From: Strigamia acuminata
Taxonomy: Eukaryota
Direction of reading: 5' to 3'
Length of the DNA stretch: 64,000 nucleotides
Assembly: GCA_949358305.1 (NCBI GenBank)
Contig: OX442314.1
Coordinates: 7,440,001 to 7,504,000, forward strand
A program made the translations under genes and the position numbers. Under the pieces are notes generated by a model that was not told the origin of the DNA, did not search any database, and saw only the letters and a program-made list of their open reading frames with translations. Of this stretch, positions 26,201 through 37,402 are shown in pieces. Within the stretch, counting starts at the first letter, position 1. Each line of letters starts with the position of its first letter.

Positions 26201-28661
26201 GAATCCCGCAGTCACAAATACAAGCACAAACTTAAACCTTTCTAAGACTCCATTTGTTATGGTTTTCTCTTCGCTTGCAATGACTTTCTTCTTGCATATC
26301 TCGTACAGAGGACGAATCTTTTCGACAGATGTTTTTCGATGAATGTTTGTTGCAACATAATATAAATACCAAGTGAGTTCAGGTAACGAAATTAATGCTA
26401 GGCCGAGAAACAGGCCAAGATTGCCTCCTAAATCTGACAGTAGAGCAATAAAGTCATAGGTGTATCGCTCTTCAAATATGCTAATTTTGTCATTAGTAAT
26501 TGCTAGAGATACTGATACAGTTTTTTTATCATCTGCTAGGCCTATTTCAGTGGAAGGTGTAAAGGTTATTTGATGACATGGTCGTCGACAGAGACAAACA
26601 TTAATGGGATTTGTGGTTTGAATCAACTGCATTGCAGCAAAATAAAGAGCATCTATGTCCTTCGAACATTTGCAAAGTGGTAAATCGATCTTCATGAAGG
26701 GAAATCTTTAATGAAAGATTTGTATTTATTATTTTTTTTACGTCTTCTCTGCACTAACTTGTAAGTGGGAGCGAAAATGACGTAGAAAACGGAAATAACG
26801 TAAAAAACGTAAATGGCGTAAAAAACGGAAATGACATAGAAAACGGAAATGGCGTAGAAAACGGAAATGACGTAGAAAACGGAAATGACGTTGAAAACGG
26901 AAATGACGTAGAAAACGGAAATGACGTAGAGAACGGAAATGACGTAGAGAACGGAAATGACTTTGGGAACGGAAATGACTTTGGGAACGGAAATGATGTA
27001 GGGAACGGAAATGGTGTAGGGAACGGAAATGATGTAGGGAACGGAAATGATGTAGGGAACGGAAATCATGTAGCAAACGTACATGATGTAGGGAATAAGG
27101 AGCAGTTCATTTTTCTGCCGCCGGCAGCTGGAGCAGTCTGCTTTTACTGGGTATAACAGAAAGTTTACATGTGACTAACACTTAGATTTTTAGTGAACTT
27201 AAAGCAAATACAGGATATTAAACGCCGGGGCATTTATTAATTTTTCCAACCGACCCTCCCATCTCCATGGTCGATTCTATTCAGGGCAGCGTGCTGTGCA
27301 ATAAACGCCCAGCGTTTAAATGAGTCTCGGCATCTGTTTAAACCCGGCGTTTATTCGAGGCAGTATAGTATGATATTATTTAAAGTCACAAATTTTATTT
27401 GGAATCACAAAAATGCTCTAGTCTCATTTAAACTTTCTGTTGTCCCCCAAGAAAAGTAGACTGATCCATCTGCAGTATGACTGCATGTGAAGATTTTTTT
27501 GGCCATAGGTGTACATTTGGCACATTAGTGACCTTGCCCCTTTGCAAATTTTTTCATCTTATACCTGCATGTTAGCTTCTTCATAAATTTTTTTAATAGA
27601 CACTTTCGATAGCATTCTCTGTATTCATCTTGACCCGAACATTTATTTATTGGTGAATTCAGAAAAATGAACTAAAATTATTGAATAAAATAAGGAGATC
27701 ATAATAATTTTTGTTCAAGAAAAAATTTTTACTTTGTTATAAGTTAAATAAACTTTTGTTGTTCCACCGAGATTTTGTGATCCCACGTGGAGGTTTTTTC
27801 CAAAATCATAGAAATAAAGATGAACCTACAGGCAAAGAAAAGAAAAGTAGCCGACAATCATTTTTGCAATTTAATAAAATTACACTGTAAGGTGCTGCGG
27901 GGCACACGTAATCATCACTACTTCCTATTTTGACTGTTACTTCTTGTCCAACAAATGATTCGCTAGATGCCTTAGCTAAATATCAATAAATAATAAAGTG
28001 CATTGAAGTTGATAATGGAAAGTATTCAATTATACTTACGAAAATTAATTGATGAGCATATTCCCAAATGATTGCTCATTTCTGTCAGAACAAATGTTTT
28101 GTTTGAATTAGAATATCTCTATGTAAAATAAAGAGATTTATATAATTTTTTTAACTCATTAAAAATCACTTTATTCCATCTATTTACATTTATCTTTACG
28201 CCCACTACTTCTTTCGTCAAATTACTCGCTTCCCAAATTTCTTCTAGATTGTAAGTTGGGATTTCTATCAGTGAAGTCACCATGCTCATGCAGCTGGTTG
28301 AATGTTCATCAGTTTGATTTCTCCAAAGTTTTACCATTTCTTTCGTATTGCCACTACATATCATCAAATTTGGTAGAACAACCTCTTCCGATCTACTTGT
28401 TACATCAACAGCCGTAGGATAACTTAAGTAATGCATTATCCTGTCATTAGTCTGAGAAGTGAGCATGCACATGCAAAATGAGAACAAAAGAAGCCAAAAC
28501 AGGCGCCGGTGGCTCCCACGATGATTGGTATTGATAAAATCATCCAAGCCAATTACGTTACATCTAAGTTTATTTTCATCGTCCTTCAGCAATCGCTGAA
28601 TCGCAGGACGTAACTTTCTTAATCTTTGGCTGCTTCTTCTAATGGAATAGTTATTCTGCAT
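23244..28661 (-). CDS. Intact tandem two-subunit DEG/ENaC (pickpocket/ASIC-like) channel, 11 exons, ~796 aa
   Basis: Hand-spliced exons 28661-28200, 28118-28040, 27975-27884, 27825-27733, 27671-27565, 26705-25922, 25852-25768, 24465-24383, 24247-24152, 24086-23977 and 23643-23244. All introns are GT-AG and phase-compatible with no internal stops. Two TM1s, two G-x-C motifs, two Cys-rich thumbs (CxCxxPC) and two TM2s (GGNLGLFLGLA; GSIIGLGLGMS). The exon-1 donor could be 6 nt earlier. Confidence 0.9.
23671..23856. mobile_element. MITE in the last ENaC intron
   Basis: ta|cattgtaggctgcatagcccggacatag...ctatgtcagggctacgcagcctacactg|ta. Confidence 0.75.
26772..27095. repeat. Intronic 18-bp minisatellite (aacggaaatgacgtagaa)n
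   Basis: About 17 tandem units; they generate the spurious YVISV/HFRSL ORFs. Confidence 0.9.
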
Positions 28662-29390
28662 TGTATATTACCTACTGTGTGTAGATTTTAAACAGATTTT
28701 AAACTGATTATTGAAAATTGTGAGGTTTTACCTTCTTTTAGTCTTGTTACGAAGATGATGGAAAGTTAGCTGGTGTTTACCAGTGCTCAGTTCAGTATCG
28801 ACTGTTCTTTATTTGACGACTCTAATAACTTCTTCGTTCCCTGATCGAATTTGTGGTTGTCATAAATTATCATGTATCGTATAATAATGTACTTTCTGTA
28901 CAAACCTATTTACTCTTGCACGCTATGTAACAAAATCATTATCCAGAGACTAGATGTATTTCCTGTTTAATGTATATAATTATATTTAAGTTGTTGTGTA
29001 AAGAAACCATTTCTTCCATCTGTGCCATAAAACGTCTCATTTCTTTCTCTTTTTTACTCGTTTATATGCAAACTCAGCTGGCAAAAATAAATTGACTCAA
29101 TGTTAAACCATCGTCAACCTTATTATCAGAGTTCCATTTATCGACCGACTATTTTCACTTAAAGGCACAGTAAAATAAACTAAATGATACACTGTAAGCG
29201 CATTCAATTACTTTGGACCTAATATTTCGTCACACAATTTTTTAGACAAAATGACTTGTTTTCGAGTGAAATTTGATGCTTAAAAATATGGCTTTAAATG
29301 TTTTTTAATCGCTGAATAGTTAATGTAAATTTGAACTTTTAGCTTTGTAAAGTCGCATTTACAAAGATTGTAAAGGTTTGTTCTAATCAA

Positions 29391-29778
29391 TAGGTGCGTT
29401 CAATTTGGGTTAGAAGAAGTGACTTCCACTTTCCTTCCCTTCCTCAAAGTCACTTTTTATTGAATGCATTTACTTACCACCAGACTTTCATTTCCATTTA
29501 CCGTGTGCCACATGTGAATTTACCGTGTGCCACACGTGTAAATTTATCGTGTTCATCGAGAACAAAATGGCTGCCACTGTAGCTTTGTTAAATGTGCAAT
29601 GCGCATGCGCACGCACATAAGGGACTTTTAAAAGGTGGAAAAGTAACTTTTCAGTTACTTTCCTGAAAGTCACTTAAGTGACCTTACTTGGTCAAAATGT
29701 GACGTAATTATCGTCACTTCCGCCCTCTGAAAGGCAGTTAAGTCAGTTAAGGGACTTTCTTCTAGCAGATTGAACGCA
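29391..29778. mobile_element. Degenerate TIR element (possibly PIF/Harbinger-like MITE)
   Basis: tgcgttcaatttgggttagaagaagtgac ... ctttcttctagcagattgaacgca. Confidence 0.45.
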
Positions 29779-30739
29779 AAAGTAAAAAGACAAATTACAA
29801 TAAACACGCACAATAACTTTACAGTTTGTAAATTTCAAATTTGTCAGCTTTAACAATAAATTTAATTTAATTTTAATTTTCTTAATTTTAAAATTTTAAA
29901 CCTTAAATATGTGATTTTAAATTTCTAGATTTGTCATGGTCCAGGTTTTCATGTGTATAAACATATAAGTTTTCCCTTGTTTTGTTGAATCCCAATTGTT
30001 GTGTTATGTTTGCCAAATAACCCAAAACATAACCCTAATCTTAACCTTGTATTTATTTTGTGTTTGCATTCTTTTTTGTGTTTTTTGAGTTTTCCCTTAG
30101 TTTCTCCTAACTTTTCCTAATTTTGTCCTATTTTCCTTTGCACTTTCCTGGGTTTCTTCTTTTTAAAGACTTTTATTTAACTTGACTTGAATGTTTGTGT
30201 GGTTCAACGTCAGGTCACGTGACCGTAAAGTAACTTTTTAGAACCGCAGCGCCACCTGGCGGAACCCGTGTCCTTTAATGGATGCCAAAATGTTCGCCGA
30301 TACAAATTTTGATGTTTTTGATACTAAAAAAGATTCTAAAAATTCTGAAACCAGGCTAAACCTGGTTAAAACTAAAATTATTATTTAGAAAAAGTACTTT
30401 GTTGAATGTTTTTTGGCACTCTCACGGCAATCTTGAAACAATCTGCGGTAGTAGCGCACTTTGGCGGAGATTTGAAGCACCAATATAAAGCCTTTTTCGA
30501 AAAACTTGGTTTTTTATATTTACTTGTTATGTGTTCTGTTTGGCATATTTCTAAGTCTTGATGATGCGTTGTTATGAGTCATACTCATCAATATGCACCA
30601 AAGCATCTGATTGGCTTGCTGTGATTCCTAGAATACATTTTGGTTCAATTCCCTAATCTTTTAATCCGAAAAGTTCAATCTCTTCTGAGATTTGACAAGA
30701 CTAATCGATTCCTTGGAAAATAACAGTAATATGTGTTTA

Positions 30740-31153
30740 CCGTATTGCTTTGAATAAACGCCTGGGCGTTGATTTTTTTTTGACTCGCCCGCCCGGCGCT
30801 TATTCAAAGCCCAGCGCTAATTCGAGCCAGGTGTCTATTCAAAAAAAAGTTAAAAACTTTCTTGCCACCGCTTCACCAGTGTTTTCCAATGCAAACGTAA
30901 TGTTATTTGGAGCCATATTGCTGTATTAATGGTTCGGAATGCCATCAAGTCGTCTTAAATACCTCATTCGTAAAGTACGTCACGTGTACGGTACGAATGA
31001 CGTAAAAACTTTATTAGTACGTTATCACAAATCCGGCGTTTAAACAGACCCGGCGTTTATTCGAGGCCTATTAACTTTGCAGCCCTCTGTTGACCGGCGC
31101 TTAATCGAGAGCCGGCGTTTAATTACGCCCGGCCCTTATTCAAGGCAGTACGG
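30740..31153. mobile_element. pogo/Tigger-like MITE (CCGTA TIRs)
   Basis: ta|ccgtattgctttgaataa...ttattcaaggcagtacgg|ta, with ccggcgtttatt subterminal repeats. A related remnant lies at ~27215-27368. Confidence 0.75.
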
Positions 31154-31218
31154 TATACCTATTATTGTTTTTCAATCATTCATTGGGTTTACGATAAATG
31201 TTATGTTCATTTCTTTAA

Positions 31219-31694
31219 CCTTCCCATAGCCAAGCGTGGTTACAACACGTTGCTAGCTGTGGACGGTCAAATTGGCCTTCTTTTAAAATGCTTCTGTGCA
31301 TGTGCAGAATCTTATTTTTTTCAGGTGCAATTGCATTTTTTCTGGTTTGAGCACATTAAAACATGTGTTGAGGCCAGGAAAAATGTGATTGCACCTAAAA
31401 AATTAAAATTCTGCACATGCGCAGAAGTGTTTCAATATACCGCCTAGTGCTAAAAAGTGGCAAAACAGTGTACGGCGCTCACGTAATGGTGTTTTATGTT
31501 GTAAATTGTCTTCCTATTATTAGTTTAACTTATTCATAATCAAAAAAATGTTAGAACTTAGTTATTATAAATTTAGAAAAAATATTTTTGGAGGAATTAT
31601 AGCTGGTCCCCTAAATTAATTTTAAGGAAAAAAAGAGTTACAGCTATTTTTCTACTTTTGTTTTTTTTCTGACCCCACCATGGCTGTAGGAAGG
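31219..31694. mobile_element. piggyBac-like MITE
   Basis: TTAA|ccttcccatagcca...tggctgtaggaagg|TTAA. Confidence 0.8.
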
Positions 31695-32734
31695 TTAAGT
31701 TTTAATAACTATATTTGAATTTGCCAGTAATATGACATAGCGCCATCTATTGTTAGTGTCGCGCTTTGACAAATACGGTTTCTATTCCGTCACAACCTTT
31801 CTAATGGCGAATTGGTCAACATTAAAACCAATTCGCCATTAGAAAGGTCCAATTACATTTCCAATGGCGAATTTTCTTAGATTTACTATTGGAAACGTTT
31901 ATTGGCGGGGACAATCACAATGATCCTGACAATCATTGTGGGAGGTTTTAAGACCTCCATCCGCCTTGGAGCCATAACGGTCAGATGAACGCGTGACCAA
32001 GGGCCGGGATTTGTTGCATGGGTTTGCCTTCCCGCAACAGCTTGTGTATAAGCTGGTGTATTGACAGTGATAGATTGATATTAGCTGTCGAGCTTAGTGA
32101 AAGAATCAGAGAAACAAACAAAAAGCGGAGGTCTGGCCAAAAACCAGACCTTATGTATGTTCCACAGAACACTAGAGATTAGTGACAGCCAATTGGACAT
32201 CAGAATCTCTAAATTCGCAGGCCTCTTCAGAGATTAGCGAGTCCGGATCTGGCAGAAGACTAGGTCCAAAAGAACCCAATTGGTACTTCTTAACAGGAAA
32301 GTATTCTTAGCTTTATATTGATTCAATGTCACCCACGCTGCAAAAAAATTAGATTTTCGTCGATAAAATATTTTGGAAATATAACTGAAATGCGATATTT
32401 CCAAACCCGAAAGTTATACGTCGTATATTCCAAATTGTACAAACATCAAATTTCCAATGACTTTCCAACACTGAATGCAACCGTTTCCAAACTACTTTTC
32501 ATAGCATGATATATTAAATTTCCAAACAGTTAAACACATATTTCTCAATCAGTAAAGTTAAGATTTCCACATGTAAAATATGAGTTTCCCATCAGTAAAT
32601 AACAACTTTCCAAATATAAAATATGATATTTCTTTTTTAGTAAAAATTCTAAATTAGTTAAATCTCAAAATAAATCTCGTAAAAATAAATCCCTAGAAAT
32701 TTCCATAAAAATACAATACATCCTGAAAATATGC

Positions 32735-33072
32735 AGAGGATTCACTCCTGAATCCTGAATCCTGAATTCATTCCTGAATACTGAATCCTGAATTTGTTTC
32801 TGAATCCTAAATCCTGAATTTGTTTCTGAATCCTGAATCCTGTATTCATTTCTGAATTCTGAATTCTGAATCTATTTCTGAATCCTGAATCCTGAATCCA
32901 TTATCCTAAATTCATTTCTGAATCCTAAATCCTGAATTCATTCCTGAATCCTGAATCCTAAATCAATTACTGAATTCTGAATTCATTCCTGATTCATAAA
33001 TTCTAAATCCTGAATTCTGAATTCTGAATTCATAAATCTTGAATCCAATAATCTTGAATCCTGAATTCATAA
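32735..33072. repeat. Degenerate 7-bp-based tandem repeat (TCCTGAA)n
   Basis: Directly visible in the sequence. Confidence 0.9.
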
Positions 33073-33342
33073 ACCAAGGCTATAATCATAGCCTAATACA
33101 AAAAATGAGCAAAATCAACTGAAGGCAGTGATAAAAACTCGCATTGATATGATGGTGTAACAAATTCTAGAATCAAATTAAAATGTTACACTACAAAATT
33201 TGTGTCAACTTTTTAATTTATCTAACTCTAACAATAATAATCTAATTATTTGTTGAAGTAGAAATGATAAAACCAATCCCATATTTAGCTTAATAAATAG
33301 AAATTTTGAATTAGTTTTGAATTATGTTCGCCATCTGATGAT

Positions 33343-34744
33343 TAGGCTTGTGTGATTAATTTTTGCCGCGAATGCGATTGCGATATTTGATTGTTGCGAT
33401 TTTTTTTCAATATATCGCATTAGCGATATATCGCGATATAATCGCAATAATCGCATTAATTGCAATAATCGCAAGATATCGCAATATCGCAATATCGCAA
33501 CAACACAAGTCAAGTCACACGTACGTTCGTTGTACGCAATCGAAGCGCCGGCATATTACGCGCATTTGGCGGGTTTCAACAATAGAATTAAATTTGTCAA
33601 TTTATTTTTTATTTATTTTTGTTTTGGTTTAGGATGGATAATTCGGGGATGGACTAATCGGCAGCTGTCAGCTGTCACCTGTCGAATGCCACGGCCGTCA
33701 CTCGACACGACAGTCGTCAGTCGACACGACAGTCGTCAGTCGACACGACAGTCGTCAGTCGACACGACAGTCGTCAGTCCACCGTCACTTGTCGAATGTC
33801 GACTGTTGCGGCTGACGGTCGACATTCGACGGCTGACAGTCGACGTCCGACGGACAGGACATTCGACAGCTGACGGTCGAAAGTCGACGGCTGATGGCCG
33901 CAACATTTGACAGGGGACAGCTGACAGCTGCCGATTAGTCCATCACCGAAATATTATCCATCATAAACCAAAACAAAAATAAATAAAAAATAAATTGACA
34001 AATTTAATTCTATTGTTGAACCCCGCCAAATGCGCGTAATATGCCGGCGCTTCATCCCGTACAACGAACGTACGTGTGACTTGACTTGTGTTGTTGTGAT
34101 ATTGCGATATTGCGATCAATGCGATTATTGCGATTATATCGCGATTATTGCGATTACGTCGCGATTATTGCGATTACGTCGCGATTATTGCGATTACGTC
34201 GCGATTTTTGGGATTACGTCGCGATTTTTGCGATTACGTCGCGATTATTGCGATTACGTCGCGATTATTGCGATTACGTCGCGATTATTGCGATTACTAC
34301 GCGATTATTGCGATTACATCGCGATTATTGCGATTACATCGCGATTATTGCGATTACATCGCGATTATTGCGATTACATCGCGATTATTGCGATTACATC
34401 GCGATTATTGCGATTACATCGCGATTATTGCGATTACATCGCGATTATTGCGATTACATCGCGATTATTGCGATTACATCGCGATTATTGCGATTACATC
34501 GCGATTATTGCGATTACATCGCGATTATTGCGATTACATCGCGACTATTGCGATTACATCGCGATTATTGCGATTACTTCGCGATTACTTCGCGATTATT
34601 GCGACTACATCGCGATTATTGCGATAACATCGAGATTATATCGCGATATGCGATATATCGCAAACGACCGCTAGTGACTTAACTAGCTGCGATATTCGCA
34701 AAAAAAAATCGCATTGCGATTAATCGCAAATTCGCACAGGCCTA
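33343..34744. mobile_element. Non-autonomous hAT-like element, largely palindromic
   Basis: Perfect 8-bp TSD ctgatgat (33335-33342 and 34745-34752); TIR taggcttgtg...gcacaggccta. Confidence 0.85.
34120..34640. repeat. 20-bp CpG-rich tandem array (gcgattattgcgattacRtc)n inside the hAT element
   Basis: More than 20 near-perfect units. Confidence 0.95.
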
Positions 34745-34834
34745 CTGATGATAAACCCATTGATTTTAAAAGCTGGAAACATAGAATCTTTAGTCATTAA
34801 TTTTTAGGCTTGTGAAATGAATGAAAATAAAAAT

Positions 34835-35200
34835 TTCCAAATCTAATTTACATTAACATTCCATACAATTACAATAATTTGCAACATCATCTTTCAGTGT
34901 TAAAAATTTATAGAAATTTAAATTTCCAAACCTGGTTTACATTAGCTTTCCACACATTTACCAAAAACTAAAATGTCATCTTTTAGTGTTGAAAATTTAC
35001 ATAAATTTAAATTTTCAAACCTAGTTTGCATTAGCTTTCCACACATTTAACAAAAACTAAAATGTCATCTTTCAGTGGTGAAAATTTACATAAATTTAAA
35101 TTTCCAAAACTAATTTACATTAGCTTTCCATACATTTAACAAAAACTTACAACATCATCTTTCAGGGTTCTAAATTTACAGAAATTCAACTTTCCATATA
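34835..35200. repeat. ~89-bp tandem repeat, ~4 degenerate copies
   Basis: Recurring catctttcagtg..aaatttac..aaatttcca..ttacattagctttcca. Confidence 0.75.
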
Positions 35201-35681
35201 GTTCACATTTTCTTTCCATTATATTTCCAAACTGGAATTTATCCCATTTCACCATTAACTTTCCAATGACTTTTTTTTTTGCAGTGCCAGGATCCAGACT
35301 CGACACACAGTCAGACCGGTTCACACGACATCATACACAGACCCATGGACACCAAAAGACATGTATATTATTTTAGGACAATCCTTAGTAGCCGTATTAA
35401 CTCGCTTTTAGCTGCATACTGGTGTAGTGCGAGTTTTACCGACATGACAATAAACCTCGTTTTTACCAGCCTGCCGGTGTGAGTGCGAATTTTTATCAAT
35501 AAGAAAGGAGCCTAAATAAACATACCATAAAATGCATATGTCCATGTCCGAAATGTAACAAATTGGCCAAAATTTCTATAAATGTTCCCAGATTTTAGTA
35601 ATAATCTTCAGAATATTAAGAAAGTTCAAATTTCATGCTAAAATTCCAACACAGTTATTATTAATCCGGACTGTTTTACGT

Positions 35682-37382
35682 TATGACGAACACGGTATTG
35701 TTTATGCGATATCATGCCAAATCCCACCGATAGATGGCGCTGACGTCAATAAGCGGCAAATTCGAATAGAATTTGTCACTTGATGTAAAACCACATAAAA
35801 TATAACTTTTATGTGATTTTAAGACAGAGAATCGACTTTATCTTATATTTATGGAAATAAATACAGATATTATGTTGTTTTGTGGTAACTCTGCAAAGTT
35901 ACCTCAAAAACTAGGTTTAGGGGATTAAATCTCCCCCTCGCACCTGCTCCAAGCGTGGACCCCCGCGGATCAAGTTGAAAGACTTAATCCAAAAGTGTTC
36001 CTCGCTATCCAGTTCCTGTCCCGACCTAGCAGAGAGCTATGGCCTGAGTATCCAGTTCCTGTTGACCACCTGGACTGGAAATGTGCTCTGAGTATCCCAT
36101 CACCTGGACCAGTGATTGGGGGGATTTGCAGGACCATTGCTCTCATTGGAGCAATGGCCAAGCTATTGTTTTCCCCGAGTATATACTTCCTCGCAACAGG
36201 AAGTAGCTCGCTCTTGACCAGATATTTGACTATATGTTTTCTTGAGCCCATTCTACTACTCCGGTTGTCATGTTGATTGCGCAGACACTTGCTTGTCTGT
36301 TGATTGCGCAGTCAATGCCCCTTATACTGCGGGCCTATGACAACCTACATACGGCGTACACTTGACGTGGAGATGGGTGATATGATGCCTCCATGTCCGG
36401 GTGCCCGATGACGGCTGTGTGGCCGTGAGGAGATCAGGTCGCGGCGATGAGTAGTAAGAATCCCGTCGGGCCGGATATAATTCAACAAGTGTTCCACAAG
36501 GCCTGCCAGTTACAGTAAACCACGGCTGCCGAACAGCGTGTCGAAAATGTAACATTAGGGTTGAAATAACTAAACTCGGAAAAGTTTAGTTAGATTAAAT
36601 CCCCAGCTAGTTTATGTCACAACTCAACATTGTGCATAAACACGGATACTTCTTCCAGAACTGTACAAAACTGAAGACTAGCTACATTAGCATTTACTTG
36701 CCAGTAAATGTGTAGCTAAATTGCCAACTTTATGTAAGCAGAATTATTACGAGTATTTACTGAATAAGTAATACTCTAATAAATACATCCATTACACGGA
36801 ACCAGAAGTTATGATTGTAAACTTGCAACAGTTTACTCTCGTATGAAGAACCATTTGACGTATCACACCAATTATAGATGTCTTAAAACATCTATAAGAG
36901 GTCAATTGGTAAATGGCTCTCACAAGCCATTTAAACCAATAACCGCCCCAAGTTTGTGGCGATGCAGATACAGTCAACCGGAAGTCCTCGGATACTAACC
37001 CTTTCATTACAGATTCGAACCAGGACCAAATAATCAACCGATTCAGACGACATCTTACCAGGACGAAGCCGATTGATATTATTATAGCGCCGCACAGGCA
37101 ACTATATGTATAGTTTAATCGAGAATTCCTTTGGCCATTTGTCGGCATAGTTATTGTGTAACTATATTTTATGCAAATTGATTAATATAATCACTTTACG
37201 GTGATTATATTTAGATATCAATAAATATGTTATGTCTTGATAACCGCATGTGTCATTATTTTACCCAGTTCACACTTTAGGTTTTGTCAATCCTATCTCT
37301 CAACTACTGAATAGATAGACTAGCTTGTTATGCCAAAATACACATTTTGAGCGGATAGCGTCATCGAAAGGTCATCGTCACA
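35682..37382 (+). repeat. Gypsy B 5' LTR
   Basis: TATGACG...CGTCACA; no differences from the 3' LTR noticed (all LTR ORF translations are identical). Confidence 0.95.
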
Positions 37383-37384
37383 CG

Positions 37385-37402
37385 TGGAGGTTCCACCGAG
37401 AT
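37385..37402 (+). promoter_or_regulatory. Primer-binding site, tRNA-Gln
   Basis: TGGAGGTTCCACCGAGAT, 2 nt after the LTR, is complementary to the 3' end of metazoan tRNA-Gln (...ATCTCGGTGGAACCT-CCA). Confidence 0.85.

Noticed and set aside
26692..27084. Hydrophobic YVISV-repeat and HFRSL-repeat ORFs
   Set aside because: Intronic minisatellite; the flanking exons splice in phase without it.
31795..31849. Perfect ~21-bp hairpin (aacctttctaatggcgaattgg..ccaattcgccattagaaaggt) as a miRNA or terminator
   Set aside because: A third copy of the motif follows at ~31862, which suggests a TE remnant; no expression evidence is available.
34030..34682. Three overlapping 159-214 aa repetitive ORFs
   Set aside because: Translations of a stop-free 20-bp satellite inside a hAT element.
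35970..37148. Short ORFs repeated at +20479
   Set aside because: They recur only because they lie in the LTRs; no coding signature.
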